NCBI GenBank assembly: GCA_963833425.1
Contig: CAWHXP010000008.1
Span: 436,578-500,577 of the forward strand
Origin: an uncultured Methanosarcinaceae archaeon
Lineage (GTDB): Archaea; Halobacteriota; Methanosarcinia; Methanosarcinales; Methanosarcinaceae
Reading direction: 5' to 3'
DNA: 64,000 bases
The notes beneath the pieces were generated by a model. It worked only from the letters and a program-made list of their open reading frames with translations. It did not search any database and was not told the DNA's origin. Shown in pieces: positions 1 through 10,866 of this stretch. The position numbers were made by a program, and so were the translations under genes. Each line of letters starts with the position of its first letter. Position 1 is the first letter of the stretch.

Positions 1-316
1 TCACATTATCCGCTTTAATCTGAAATACACTGGAATTTTCATTCAGGCACCTTACAATCGCACCCCCATAGCTATCTGTGTCTGAAGTGATCGTTATCCC
101 AGATACGTTGACTATCACATTTTCCCTATAGTCCCCAGTTTTCAATAAAACAAAATCTCCTGGCGTTGAATTATTCACAGCAGCCTGAATCGAATTTCCA
201 GGTTTCACATAAATGATTTTTCCACTTCCAACGCCTACAAAAAGTAAAAATAAAATGACAACCAGTAAGGTACTTGTTAGCTTGATAAAATATTTATCTA
301 TAAGTGTAATTTTCAA
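1..316 (-). CDS. N-terminal part of a secreted NosD/right-handed beta-helix cell-surface protein (runs off the window start)
   Basis: Manual translation from TTG at 316 (AGAGGGA RBS-like upstream): MKITLIDKYFIKLTSTLLVVILFLLFVGVGSGKIIYVKPGNSIQAAVNNSTPGDFVLLKTGDYRENVIVNVSGITI... Signal peptide plus the SIQAAV..PGD..G.Y.EN motif. Absent from the ORF track. Confidence 0.8.
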   Translation of the reverse strand, partial: MKITLIDKYFIKLTSTLLVVILFLLFVGVGSGKIIYVKPGNSIQAAVNNSTPGDFVLLKTGDYRENVIVNVSGITITSDTDSYGGAIVRCLNENSSVFQIKADNV

Positions 317-1485
317 AAATAAATCCCTCTCGATATTTCGCATAGCCTTTCAAGCATAGGATATAATAAATTTTGAACCGACAGCATCGTGAGAAGCAAC
401 CATAATTTAGTAAATGGCGAGTACTTATTATTATATATATTTGCTATTATATATATCATCTATGTCTTTGTTTCCATAATTTAAATATCTGCAAATTGTG
501 AAACTTTCTGGAAAAGAAAAATACTAGCATTTACAGGACTCAAAAAGATCTAGTAAAGAAACAATTATTTACAAGTTCAGATACCTTTTGGCTTCCCAAA
601 AGAGAAAAGGTATCATTCCATTGAGTTATAATGTAATTGATGTATGAAGTATCCTATCATGTTTTGGCTTTGGCCTTGAGTTATTGATCAAATCCAGTAC
701 CTCATCAGCTCCAAATAGACTATTTTAAAACTGACTATACTCCTTTTAGCCTCATTAAACTATTGATGCACTAGTTAGCTGTAGCTTTATTCAAGCCATA
801 GGAAGAATAAAATATGATTTTAACCAAACAATTCGCCTCAAAATATATGCTTAAAATTAAGCACATGTCTCAGAATATTAGTATTTACATTTTAAATGGA
901 ATGAGATATATAATTATTCAAAAAATATATATATATAATAACGTCTTTTAATATATATTTTATTCCAGTCGAATGACTCCCAGCTTGCTTTGGTACGAAA
1001 ACTTCCCAGATAACTGTTAATGACTAACAAATTCATTTTCTAAGCTACTTATAGAAGATTAAATATAACTAGTCATTAAAAACCACAACACTTGTTATTC
1101 TCACCTATTAGTCCGTACCCCATAGATATAAACAATGTAAAATTTATTCGCCTATTTACCGTTATAATCCATTAACAGTCATATTTACTTTTAAGACACT
1201 TGCGTATCTATAAAATGTGTAACATTTTTGTGGCCTTCTGCGAAAAGTTCGATATAACTAGATTTTAACCTTAATACGATTTACATACTTAATTTACAAA
1301 ATCCACTCTTTAGAGATCAATCAAATTCACTTTTAGGCAACTAACTGTTTAATGTACTGATTTCTCAACTCGGTAGCATCATGAAACTAAAATACTTAAA
1401 ACCGCTTTTGTCATCATATCTACATACTAACGTAAATAGTTCATTGTTGGAGCATCGCCCAATATGTTAGGAATTATAAATTATA

Positions 1486-2616
1486 GAGGATTTCGATAAA
1501 CTTCGGATTTTATTTCTTAGCAGGAATTTCCCATATCTTCCCCTCAATTTCTCTATTTAATTCCTCTTTTTGGCTTTACTTATCCTCAATTCTTTGATTT
1601 TAAAGATAGCTTCCGCTATTTTAAATATACTTTTTTTATTTTCAGTGTCCTCAATTGATGGAAATTATAACAAAAAGCCGTACACAACATTTTTAGATTT
1701 ACTCTTTTAACAGTAGTAACAAAAACTCTTCCTGCTTTGAAAATTTCTTTCGTTACTGAATAAACTCCTTCTACTGGGACTCTTTTTGAGCTAATTTTCT
1801 TATTTCTGAATATATCCTTTATTCCCAGCGTATGTCCTTTGACTGCTCTTTTCATTGTTGCATTATACCCTTTCGTTTTTGCTCAAAGTATCCTCTGTCC
1901 CTATAAACCACTTCATTTTCCTCTGTCACATCTACATACGAATCATGTACTGACGCAGTTGTTGTTTTGAATCTTCTGATTAGCTCATAATCTCTGTCTA
2001 TTATATTATGAAGCTTATATCCAAAATGAGACTTACCTCCCTTTTTTGTCCATGTTCCGTCTCTGCTTCTTCTTGTTTTTGCCTCATCTCTCTGCTTTCG
2101 CATGTCCTGGATCTGAATGGATAAAAGTAGCATCCTGAATCATTCCCTCTTTATCTGTAAACCCAGAGTATCAAGTTGGCTTTGCAACTTTCCCCATATT
2201 TTCTTTGAAATTTTCGATAATTCTCTCCCTAAATAGCTATACAGTAGTACTGTCAGGTATGTATTCCAGAAATCCAAGGAATTTCCTAAAAAAATTCGAT
2301 CTATACAATGTTTCTCAAGTTCAAAATCAGAGAGCCTGTGCCATTGTTGTAAAACAAGCATTTTGAACATCACAATGACATCAGTTCCAGGTCTCCCTCC
2401 TGAAACGGTTTTGTTAATATACATAGACTAAAGAATAATACGAAAAGTTTTCCAATCAATTAAGGAATCAATTTCAGCCAGCTTATCTCCAACAGATTCA
2501 AGACGTTTATACTCTTCTTTAAGAGCAAAATCAATAAGAGTTTTCATGAATATACATAAATATTTACAAATTTAAAGTCAACCATGCTCAAGAGCATGGA
2601 GATTATCGAAATTCTC
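1486..2616 (-). mobile_element. IS5-family insertion sequence, frameshifted transposase (copy 1)
   Basis: TIRs GAGGATTTCGATAA / TTATCGAAATTCTC, TATA on both flanks. DDE fragments (FKMLVLQQW, IQDATFI, GYKLH, YRDRGY) are split over ORFs 2140-2424, 1852-2133 and 1616-1855. Confidence 0.93.
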
Positions 2617-2746
2617 TATAATTAATATTAATCGAGTTAATTTTTAAAATGTTTCATGAAGAAATAATCTTTATATAGACACTATCATAAAACATGATTA
2701 ATATTAAATTGTTGTTCAATGTCACAATTTCTTATGGGGAAATAAA

Positions 2747-2788
2747 TTTTATTCTGAAACTATTTTTTTTATAATTAATTTAAAATAA
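2747..2788 (+). promoter_or_regulatory. Repeated upstream motif, copy a
   Basis: TTTTATTCTGAAACTATTTTTTTTATAATTAATTTAAAATAA about 145 bp upstream of the cupredoxin start. Confidence 0.55.
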
Positions 2789-2933
2789 CTAACAAATTCA
2801 GTAAATATCATAGTGCTTCAAAATTTATTGGTGTGATAAATAAATATTAACCAAATAATTTTTGTAGTGTGAATAGTTACAAAAAATAAACTACCTTATA
2901 ATTATCAATTTTAACCACAAAGGAGTAAAATAA

Positions 2934-3299
2934 ATGTTGAAACAACCAGCTAGTAGAATGAAAAAGGAATTGGCGATTTTCATGGCAGTTCTTTTTGTAG
3001 TGTCTTTGACAGCAGTAACATCGAATGCAAAAAGCAATGGTAGCGATAATATTGTAGATGTTTCCATCCAAAAATTTGCTTTTAGCCCGACATCAGTCGA
3101 AATATCAGCAGGCGATACTGTAAGATGGACGAACATGGATCCAGTTGATCACACGGTAGCTGGGACTATTTTCATATCAGGCACAATATCCAAAGGACAA
3201 AGTTATGAATTTCTGTTTACCAAACCTGGAGTTTATAATTATGAATGTTCGATTCATCCTTCTATGAAAGGAACTATAACAGTTATAGCAAAGAAGTAA
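2934..3299 (+). CDS. Secreted plastocyanin/azurin-family blue copper (cupredoxin) protein
   Basis: Signal peptide, GDTVRWTN-D-V-HTV and YECSIHPSM type-1 Cu ligands (H, C, H, M); AAGGAG RBS. Confidence 0.9.
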   Translation: MLKQPASRMKKELAIFMAVLFVVSLTAVTSNAKSNGSDNIVDVSIQKFAFSPTSVEISAGDTVRWTNMDPVDHTVAGTIFISGTISKGQSYEFLFTKPGVYNYECSIHPSMKGTITVIAKK

Positions 3300-3547
3300 A
3301 AATTTAACAAAGGCGCATAGATAACTGAGATTCATATTGCAATTACTTTTGAGAACATTATGTTAAATTTTTTAAAAATTGCTATTTGCATCAATGTGCT
3401 GATTTTCGGTTTTATCTTGTCAGCTGATTGATATTTACATCATAGAATACTTATCATTTAACTGTGCTCGCTTTCGAAGCTCACCAAATAAAGAAAATCG
3501 AAAATTGCATCGAACAAAAAAAATACAATCGAAAAAACAAAAAGGAG

Positions 3548-4150
3548 ATGGTCATTGTGCGTAAGTTTTTCCTGATCATATGTTTGACTTTTTTAATTAT
3601 TAATGTAGCTTTAGTTTCAATTGATGCAGCACAAAAAAATTCATCAACACCTGTCGAGACACAAGAGCAAGCTTTTAGCATTGGACCAACAGTTACTTTT
3701 CAATCTTTTAATTCCGAAATTAATACAACTCAAAATGGAACTGTTGAACTCTTCCTAAAAAATCCAAGTCTCAATAATGTTACATTGGAAGTTGATATGA
3801 ATATCAGTGTTCCGTCTGACGTCCACATCTATTCAGAAGATGGTAGTATATCAGGTGGATTCGGTACTGTGAACGGACATTTTTCAGTGCTACCTGGATC
3901 AACAAAAACAGTCATTTTGCATATTATAGGAGAAAGAACTGGCACATTCTCTTTGCATTCCAACATAAATTATTGGCCAGATAAAAATAAAAATTACTTA
4001 AGCACAATAAGTCAGGATAGCTCATTTGAAGTTACCCAATTCTCAAATAGCACACAATCAATGCCGAGATCCAGTCATGATATACCTGGACTCGGAGTGG
4101 CAAGCTCGATACTTATATTAATAATGCTATGCATCTTGAGAAGAAAGTAA
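3548..4150 (+). CDS. Secreted cell-surface protein with PGF-CTERM-like sorting signal
   Basis: N-terminal hydrophobic signal, many N-x-S/T sequons, C-terminal IPGLG + TM helix + RRK. Start moved to the ATG after AGGAG (GTG at 3557 also possible). Confidence 0.75.
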   Translation: MVIVRKFFLIICLTFLIINVALVSIDAAQKNSSTPVETQEQAFSIGPTVTFQSFNSEINTTQNGTVELFLKNPSLNNVTLEVDMNISVPSDVHIYSEDGSISGGFGTVNGHFSVLPGSTKTVILHIIGERTGTFSLHSNINYWPDKNKNYLSTISQDSSFEVTQFSNSTQSMPRSSHDIPGLGVASSILILIMLCILRRK

Positions 4151-5100
4151 TATAGTGCCCATGAATTATAAGATTTTTAATCTCGTCTTGGATCTGGATC
4201 ACCTAAATTCAACACTACCACTCCTCATCAAAGGTACGTAATTGGGAAAATCATCATAAAGTTTGGATTTGCTTCCATAACCACATTTTTATTCTCATTT
4301 TGTCGATAATCCTACGGATACTCGTTTGTTGAAAGTGGATAGAAATGATATTCTACACTTAAAAAACTAATTATAGTCTGACTATTAGCATTGCTCTTTT
4401 CATTGACAGTGACTTCGAGAATATTTTTGCCTAAAAACTGAAAAAAATGCAGAATAGGCCGACCATGGAGATGGCAACTCTCAGAACGGTAGATCCAATG
4501 GCAGAATGATAACGAGAGCGTCTATAAAAATGACAGTACATCAGTGACAATGTTTCACAACTGTCCCCCGACAGACTGGCGGCTGCAACACTGAACACCA
4601 TGATAGGATACGCGGGGCAGTAACAATTGGAATGACTGTGGCTACGATGGTTGTTGGTGGCTATTCCATTCTTCCACTAATCATGGTTATGGAGTTGTCA
4701 ATAGATACAGTATTTCTTAATTAAACTGTGAAACAAGTTGCATGAAAACTATTTTAAATAAATAATTTGCCAGACCATCTCACATTTTATTTTTTGCTTC
4801 CTAGTTCCTCGTATGAAATTCACAAAATAGTTAGATCAAGTGATGATCCACCTAGCTCATGGTTGATTCAACAAGATTGGACTCTATATCCAACCGTTGT
4901 TTTGTCCGACTATAAAGCGCCTAGTATTTGTTACAGATCATCATGTACCGCTGTAGACCTATAAATCTGCCATAAAAAATAAACGTAATTGTTATTATAA
5001 AGTACAATGTTTAATATTTTGAATACTGTTTTAGGTGTAAAGTAAAGTACAATCACCATAGCAGTAAACTATATTATGGATTTGGGGAAACAATTCTATA

Positions 5101-5577
5101 ATGAATGAAAGAAGAGTAGAAAAAGGGCCTATACAACTAGATATAGGAATAGTTCTATCAAGCTTTGGAGGAAACTCCAGCCATGATAGGAATCAATTCC
5201 ATGGTCTTGTTTCCCTGTTTGGCATCGATTTTGGACTCTATGTTGGACCATCGTATAATCTTTTTGAGACTATAGGGCCCAGTGTTGGTATTGGTTTGCT
5301 CATAGGGGACAATGGTTTCCTGGCTGCAAAATTAGGCATCCATTTAAGAAGAACATTTGGTTTAGCTGTGCTGATTCCTATAGTTCCGATTTATGATGCT
5401 ACTGGAGCGAGCTTTTTAGCTGCATTGCCTGTTTCAGAAAGAACAAAAGTTGCGACAGCTATTCCATTTATATTAGTACCTGCAGCCCTTGCATACCAAG
5501 AAGAGATTAAAGGATTACGTAGACATGGAAGAGAAACTTTCGTTAAATTGAAGTCGTATATATCAGGGAAACTATGA
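5101..5577 (+). CDS. Hypothetical Gly-rich, hydrophobic protein
   Basis: 158-codon ATG ORF, GC-richer than its flanks, hydrophobic C-terminal half; family not recognised. Confidence 0.55.
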   Translation: MNERRVEKGPIQLDIGIVLSSFGGNSSHDRNQFHGLVSLFGIDFGLYVGPSYNLFETIGPSVGIGLLIGDNGFLAAKLGIHLRRTFGLAVLIPIVPIYDATGASFLAALPVSERTKVATAIPFILVPAALAYQEEIKGLRRHGRETFVKLKSYISGKL

Positions 5578-5981
5578 TCACCACAAATATAATGCAACAT
5601 TATTATTTATGATATGCATATATTATTTTGATTCTTAGATTGAATATGCTCACTATTAATGATATTGTTGATGCAATTTTGGTTTTAACGACAAAAAAGA
5701 GTCGACTAGACTTCGAATTCTATTATTCATTAGAAATGTTTTGGAAATCTTTTATTATTAAATGATCTTTATATTCGATTTTTTTTTATTTTTACTCTAA
5801 ATCATGCAAAGCAATGAAAATTTAATTTCATCGGAATTAATTCCATTCATCGTTGGTTAAGCTGCAATCATAAGAAACATTTCACTTCTACAGTTTTTTT
5901 TCTGAAAATCTATAAATGCAAATCAAGAAAAATAGATATCGCAGTAGTCATTTTAACGGTTAATAGATTCCTTAACCAAAT

Positions 5982-6149
5982 ATGGATGATTGTGATATGA
6001 AGATGACAGAGAAAAAAGATCGCTGTAAAAGAGAAGAGGAGATAAAAGACTCGCTGGAATCACAGCTTGAAGAAAAGTCTAGAAATCAAGTTCGTTCGGA
6101 TTATCGACGCAGCCTGGGTAATGAATATCGTAGAAGATATATGGAGTGA
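5982..6149 (+). CDS. Small charged hypothetical protein (55 aa)
   Basis: Manual translation MDDCDMKMTEKKDRCKREEEIKDSLESQLEEKSRNQVRSDYRRSLGNEYRRRYME; purine-rich, coding-like; below the ORF-track cutoff. Confidence 0.4.
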   Translation: MDDCDMKMTEKKDRCKREEEIKDSLESQLEEKSRNQVRSDYRRSLGNEYRRRYME

Positions 6150-6559
6150 TGCTATATGCTTGTTTTATATTTTTAGTTCTCTTTTATTTTCAGCTAACTT
6201 TATCTACAATTTTTGTAATTATTCATTTTGCGGAAAACAACATTACTAGCTATCTAATCTAAAATTTGATTGGGAAGTTTTTGAACTCATTTTTTTCTAA
6301 TTGTGGTTATTAATTTTATTTTCGTTTCAAATTGGTCACTAATTACACATTTTTGACAACTCAAAAAAAGTAAAAAAGTAATAAACATATGTAGCCCAAA
6401 AGAAACATGTTATGAAATGGAAGCAAAGAAAAATTAATGTCTACCAAATTATGTATCTATTTTGAAATCGAAGCACTAGCAGGATTAAACTCCAAAATTT
6501 CTAAACTAAAACATTTATAACTTACTCGTATATGCTTTATTTTGTCCCTCAAGTGCATA

Positions 6560-6685
6560 AGTCCTGAATGAATCAGCTTTAATCCACTCTTCTTCAGTGA
6601 GCTGGGAAAGTACGTTTTAGGTTCACTATGTCAACAATTTTCCCATCGCGCATAAGTGCGACGCGATCACATATCTCGTTTACAA
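6560..6685 (-). pseudogene. atwA: C-terminal fragment of methyl-coenzyme M reductase system component A2 (ABC ATPase)
   Basis: Reads VNEICDRVALMRDGKIVDI..P..VLSQLTEEEWIKA with frameshifts; rest of gene absent. Confidence 0.65.
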
Positions 6686-7414
6686 TTTTCGATGGATAAG
6701 TTGACAGTTTCAAGATCACAGAACGAAACTTCCCTGGATTCATAATAGGTGGCTTTTGGGAAGCAGGATACTCTGCGCTTAACTCGATTGACTATATATT
6801 ATACATAAGGGATTTATTATAAATATTTTGCTAATTGGTTATAGAATATTTCAATACTTTAACCTTAACAATGTCATTAATAATTAAAGTAAATACAAAA
6901 TACCATATATCACCAGCAGTACAATATTGTCGTCTATAGGTATCAGACCTGGTATTCCAAAGGTTGAGATGGCAAAAGTTACTACCATATCGACGCATAT
7001 AGCTGTCATGAAGTTTTGCTGGGAATAGACTCCCAAAAATAACCTTTCTCTCTCACCACAAATATCGTGAACTTACATCCGAAGATCTGTATGTTAAAGA
7101 CAAATGTTTGCAAGCCTGTGTTGCTAGTGAGTCAAAGGTGGTTCATCCCGATCTATAGCAGCTCTAAAGATTCTGCTACCATTAACATACCCAGCAGTAT
7201 GCAACCCTTGTCAACTACAATCTAAGAACTTGAAAAAATGGATTTATCAACAAGTAAATGCATCTTTTCGCTAATCATAAATGCAAATTTGAATGAAGGA
7301 CAGATGGAAAACACAGATATATGTGGAATACACCCCAGATACTTTCTTTCTTCTAAGTATTCGGTGGTTACACAACTCAAGTCGGCTTAATTAAATGTGA
7401 ATACTTATATTCAC

Positions 7415-7501
7415 GATAATTTCGATAAATTTCTGATTTTTACGAGTCATTTACTTACCACTTAGAAACATATAACAAAATTTGAGGATATCAAAATTAT
7501 C
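7415..7501. mobile_element. IS5-end MITE (family A), degenerate
   Basis: GATAATTTCGATAAATTTCTGATTTTTACGAGTCATTT...ATCAAAATTATC; reverse-orientation homolog of 9955-10044. Confidence 0.55.
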
Positions 7502-7515
7502 TACGTTTACTTTAA

Positions 7516-7968
7516 TCAATCTTGTGGTTCATATTTTTTCCTAACAACCATGACAGAAACCTTTGAGTGTCTGACCAGATTTTCTGCAACGCTGCCCAGT
7601 AGTATCCTGTATAGTCCTGTCTTTCCAAGAGTGCCCATTATTACAATATCCATTTCTTCCTCATCTGCATACTGGATCAACTCGTCTGAAGGATCTCCTT
7701 CAAGCAGGACAGATTCTACATTGATTCCTTTTACCTTTCCTAAGCCTTTTATATAACCTATAGCCTGTTCCCCTTGTTTTTTCAATGCTTCACGTATCAA
7801 TTCCCAACCTGCACCCCTAGAAGATAAGTAGGCTGTAGATATCACATAGACTGCATAAATAGTTCCTCCACTCAATCGCGCAAGCTCTAATACTTTGTCA
7901 ATAGCCAAGCTGGAGCAATCCGAGCCATCGGTTGCGATCATTATTTTCTTATAACCAATCTTTCTCAT
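7516..7968 (-). CDS. Universal stress protein (UspA family)
   Basis: YKKIMIATDGS ... GDPSDELI ... DIVIMGTLG ... LLGSVAENLVRHS. Confidence 0.95.
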   Translation of the reverse strand: MRKIGYKKIMIATDGSDCSSLAIDKVLELARLSGGTIYAVYVISTAYLSSRGAGWELIREALKKQGEQAIGYIKGLGKVKGINVESVLLEGDPSDELIQYADEEEMDIVIMGTLGKTGLYRILLGSVAENLVRHSKVSVMVVRKKYEPQD

Positions 7969-8149
7969 GTAAAATCCTCAATTACATATTTTCTTGGAAG
8001 AAATATAATAACATTGGAATTTATAAAGTAAAAAATCAAGGAACTTTTTGATCTTCCCATATGGAGAAAGTAAGATCAGTTATTAAAAAAAGTTGCGATT
8101 AACTTAAAAATGACTCAACTTTCTATAGGTACACACAAAAATGTCATCA

Positions 8150-8372
8150 ACTTTCTGCATTAGTTTTTGTGAACTGGATCATTACTTCGTTTATTGGAGT
8201 ATACAAGTTTTCAAAGATTTATGTCCCCCAGTAAATCAAAAAAGTATTAAAAAGACAAGGAAAGAAAATTGCAAAATGGGGAAGTAATAGTTGTCAGAGC
8301 TCACAAGGGATCAAAAAGAAATTATGGAGAAAATTGAATTTATGAGCTCAAAAAGGCGAAAGCTAAGAATTA
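8150..8372 (+). mobile_element. Possible 3' relic of an IS1634-family element
   Basis: Degenerate frame NGEVI.SELTRDQKEIMEKIEF resembles the C-terminus of IS1634-type transposases, followed by an end-like AAAAAGGCGAAAGCTAAG. Confidence 0.35.
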
Positions 8373-8560
8373 CTCAATCACAAGAATATTTTGAACAAAA
8401 ATTTTTCAAATATTAATTCAGAAGAGTATCAAAATTATTATCATTTGCAAAAAATGAATGGAAGTTTTCAAGTCGGTGATAAAAGTTTGATTCATTGAGT
8501 TAAAGACTAATTCGTGTAGTTAATGGCTATAATTAAACATTCAAAAATAATTTCTGTTTA

Positions 8561-9928
8561 TTATACTACATCGTATCCAGCGTTCTTCCATGCGGTCATG
8601 CCTCCAAGGACATTGCATACTTCACCATAGCCATTCTTTTTCAAAATTGAAGCTGCCAAACTAGCACTCCGAGCAGTGCCACAATAAACAATTACAGGCC
8701 AATCTTTTGGAACTTCATCCAGTTCCTCCTCCAAATGACCAACGTAGATTTGTTTAGCTTCATTGATATGTCCCTTATCCCATTTTCTCTTATCCCTCAC
8801 ATCGAGAATTACCATTTTCTCCCCTTTCTCCAACTTGTTTTTCAAATCACTAACGGATATGAGATTAAAATGATCTAGCGGTAGAGCTTTACTGTACCAG
8901 GCTGCAATTCCACCATTCAGTACACCAGCTATATTGTCATAACCCAATCTAATTAAATATTTAGCAGCAATCTCCAGCTGATCTTTGTCTTCCAGGACTA
9001 GAAGTATGGGTCTATTATAAGGAAGTGCCCAGCTGACAAAGGAGGGTATACCTCCTAACCAGACACTGTAAGTATCTTTTATATATGCTCCTCCAAAAGA
9101 ATATGGCATGCGTGTATCTATAACTACAGCTCCTTTTTCCATCTCTGCTTTGAATTTTTCTGGCGAAAGAAGCTCGGGAACTGGCAAGCTCTGCAATAGT
9201 GGAGGACCTTGCAGGTTATACTGCTCCATTTTTTTGAAGTAAGGCGGAAATTCAAGTTGCTCTTCAACCTTATATTTTACAAACTCCTCTTTCTCAGTTT
9301 TTTGAAGAATAGGATTCTGGACGCGTTCCAGTCCAAGGGTACTAAGCTCCCGTTTAGCGATAGTACCTCCACAAACTGAACCTTCACCATGTGCAGGACA
9401 GAGTATGACCTCATCTCCAAGAGGTAGTATTTTATTAAAAATACTGTCATACAAGTTTGATGCTAGTCTTGAAGCTTCCCCTGGACCATAGAGATCGGTC
9501 CTTCCTACGTCACCTATAAACAGAGCGTCTCCAGTGAAAACCATAATGGGATCTTGACCTGTATCAAGATCTACTAAAGTATAGGATGTACTTTCGTCTG
9601 TATGGCCCGGAGTAGGTAAAGCAGTTAGTTTCATTGAGCCAAAACGGAACTCTTGACCGTCACCGAGGTAATTTCCATATTCAAAATTCACACCATGCCC
9701 ATGATAAATTTCTGCATCTGTAAGAATTTTCAGTTCCAGGGAACCTATTACATAGTCCTCGTTCCTGTGAGTTTCAAAGATGTATTTTATCTTCATCTCT
9801 TCTCTTCGAGCAAGGTCAAAATAAACTTGACAATCCCTTCGAGGATCAATAACTAAGGCTTCATCCCCAGACCCAATGAAATAAGAAAGGTGAGCTAAAC
9901 CTTCAGATTTGATGCATTCGAATATCAT
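8561..9928 (-). CDS. MBL-fold hydrolase with two rhodanese domains (persulfide dioxygenase/sulfurtransferase-like)
   Basis: ETHRNEDY metal motif, TPGHT, FTGDALF, PAHG; C-terminal rhodanese with the YCGTARS active-site loop. Confidence 0.92.
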   Translation of the reverse strand: MIFECIKSEGLAHLSYFIGSGDEALVIDPRRDCQVYFDLARREEMKIKYIFETHRNEDYVIGSLELKILTDAEIYHGHGVNFEYGNYLGDGQEFRFGSMKLTALPTPGHTDESTSYTLVDLDTGQDPIMVFTGDALFIGDVGRTDLYGPGEASRLASNLYDSIFNKILPLGDEVILCPAHGEGSVCGGTIAKRELSTLGLERVQNPILQKTEKEEFVKYKVEEQLEFPPYFKKMEQYNLQGPPLLQSLPVPELLSPEKFKAEMEKGAVVIDTRMPYSFGGAYIKDTYSVWLGGIPSFVSWALPYNRPILLVLEDKDQLEIAAKYLIRLGYDNIAGVLNGGIAAWYSKALPLDHFNLISVSDLKNKLEKGEKMVILDVRDKRKWDKGHINEAKQIYVGHLEEELDEVPKDWPVIVYCGTARSASLAASILKKNGYGEVCNVLGGMTAWKNAGYDVV

Positions 9929-9954
9929 AGAAATTTCCTCTACAATCTCCTAAA

Positions 9955-10044
9955 GAGGATTTTCATAAACCCCCCCGATTTTGTCATGTGCGCATAAATG
10001 GTACGTAAATAACTTGTGAAAATCGGAGATTTATCGAAATCCTC
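9955..10044. mobile_element. IS5-end MITE (family A), 90 bp, best-preserved copy
   Basis: GAGGATTTTCATAAA...TTTATCGAAATCCTC ends match the IS5 TIRs; inner CCGATTTT/AAAATCGG inverted pair. Confidence 0.8.
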
Positions 10045-10106
10045 TTAAAATGTTCAATGTGTAGGTGAACGAGCTGATATAAATATGTTTTAATAATATA
10101 TTTTAA

Positions 10107-10718
10107 TTATTTTTTAAAATTCTTAAAATGCTCATCGATTTTCTCCCAGTCGACTATATTCCAGAATGCATCTATGAATTTGCCCCTTTCATTCTTGTAG
10201 TCAATGTAGTAGGCGTGCTCCCATACGTCCAGAGCCATTAGAATCGGGAAACTTGGAATAATATTTACATTGTGCTTTTCTATCTGCATGATTCCGAGTC
10301 TTTTAGTACCCTTGCAGAAGGTTAATACTGCCCAACCGGAACCTTCAACACTTGATGCGACTTGGGTAAACTCCTTTTTAAACCTTTCAAAATTTCCAAA
10401 GTCTTCTTTGATCACTTCAGACAATTCGCCTATTGGCTCTTTGTTTGAATTTTTTGTAGGAGTCATCCCCCACCAAAAATAATTGTGAAGGGCATGTCCT
10501 CCCAAATTAAAAGCCAAAGCTTTCGTATTTGACTTGTAATCAAAATCAGTTCCTTCTGCCCTTGCTTTGTCCATCATTTGCAAAATCGAATTCGTATTGG
10601 TTACATACGCCTGATGATGTTTATCATGGTGTATTCGTAATTGTTCTTCGGAAATGAAAGGTTCCAAGTCTGCATATCCATATTTCAAATCTGGTAATTT
10701 GTATAACTCTTTAGCCAT
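10107..10718 (-). CDS. sod: Fe/Mn superoxide dismutase
   Basis: HHDKHHQAYV, NLGGHALHNYFW and DVWEHAYY motifs. Start set at MAKELY after AGAGGAAG. Confidence 0.97.
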   Translation of the reverse strand: MAKELYKLPDLKYGYADLEPFISEEQLRIHHDKHHQAYVTNTNSILQMMDKARAEGTDFDYKSNTKALAFNLGGHALHNYFWWGMTPTKNSNKEPIGELSEVIKEDFGNFERFKKEFTQVASSVEGSGWAVLTFCKGTKRLGIMQIEKHNVNIIPSFPILMALDVWEHAYYIDYKNERGKFIDAFWNIVDWEKIDEHFKNFKK

Positions 10719-10866
10719 ATTATCTTCCTCTGTTAGAGAATAAAATTTCATAGAATTAGTCCAGAAATCTGGATCATAATGTTTCAATTTTAGAAGATTC
10801 TATTCACAAATCTTGCTACCAACTATCTTCAAGAGCTGAAGTTTCTATAGAAACTTCTATAGAAAC

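Noticed and set aside
4345..4720. GC-richer stretch resembling a broken small secreted Gly/Asn-rich gene
   Set aside because: No continuous frame or recognisable family.
6930..7390. Coding-like relics (also about 16950-17200, 37620-38550, 56560-57480 and 61500-62480)
   Set aside because: Probably eroded genes, but I could not assign frame or family without BLASTX.
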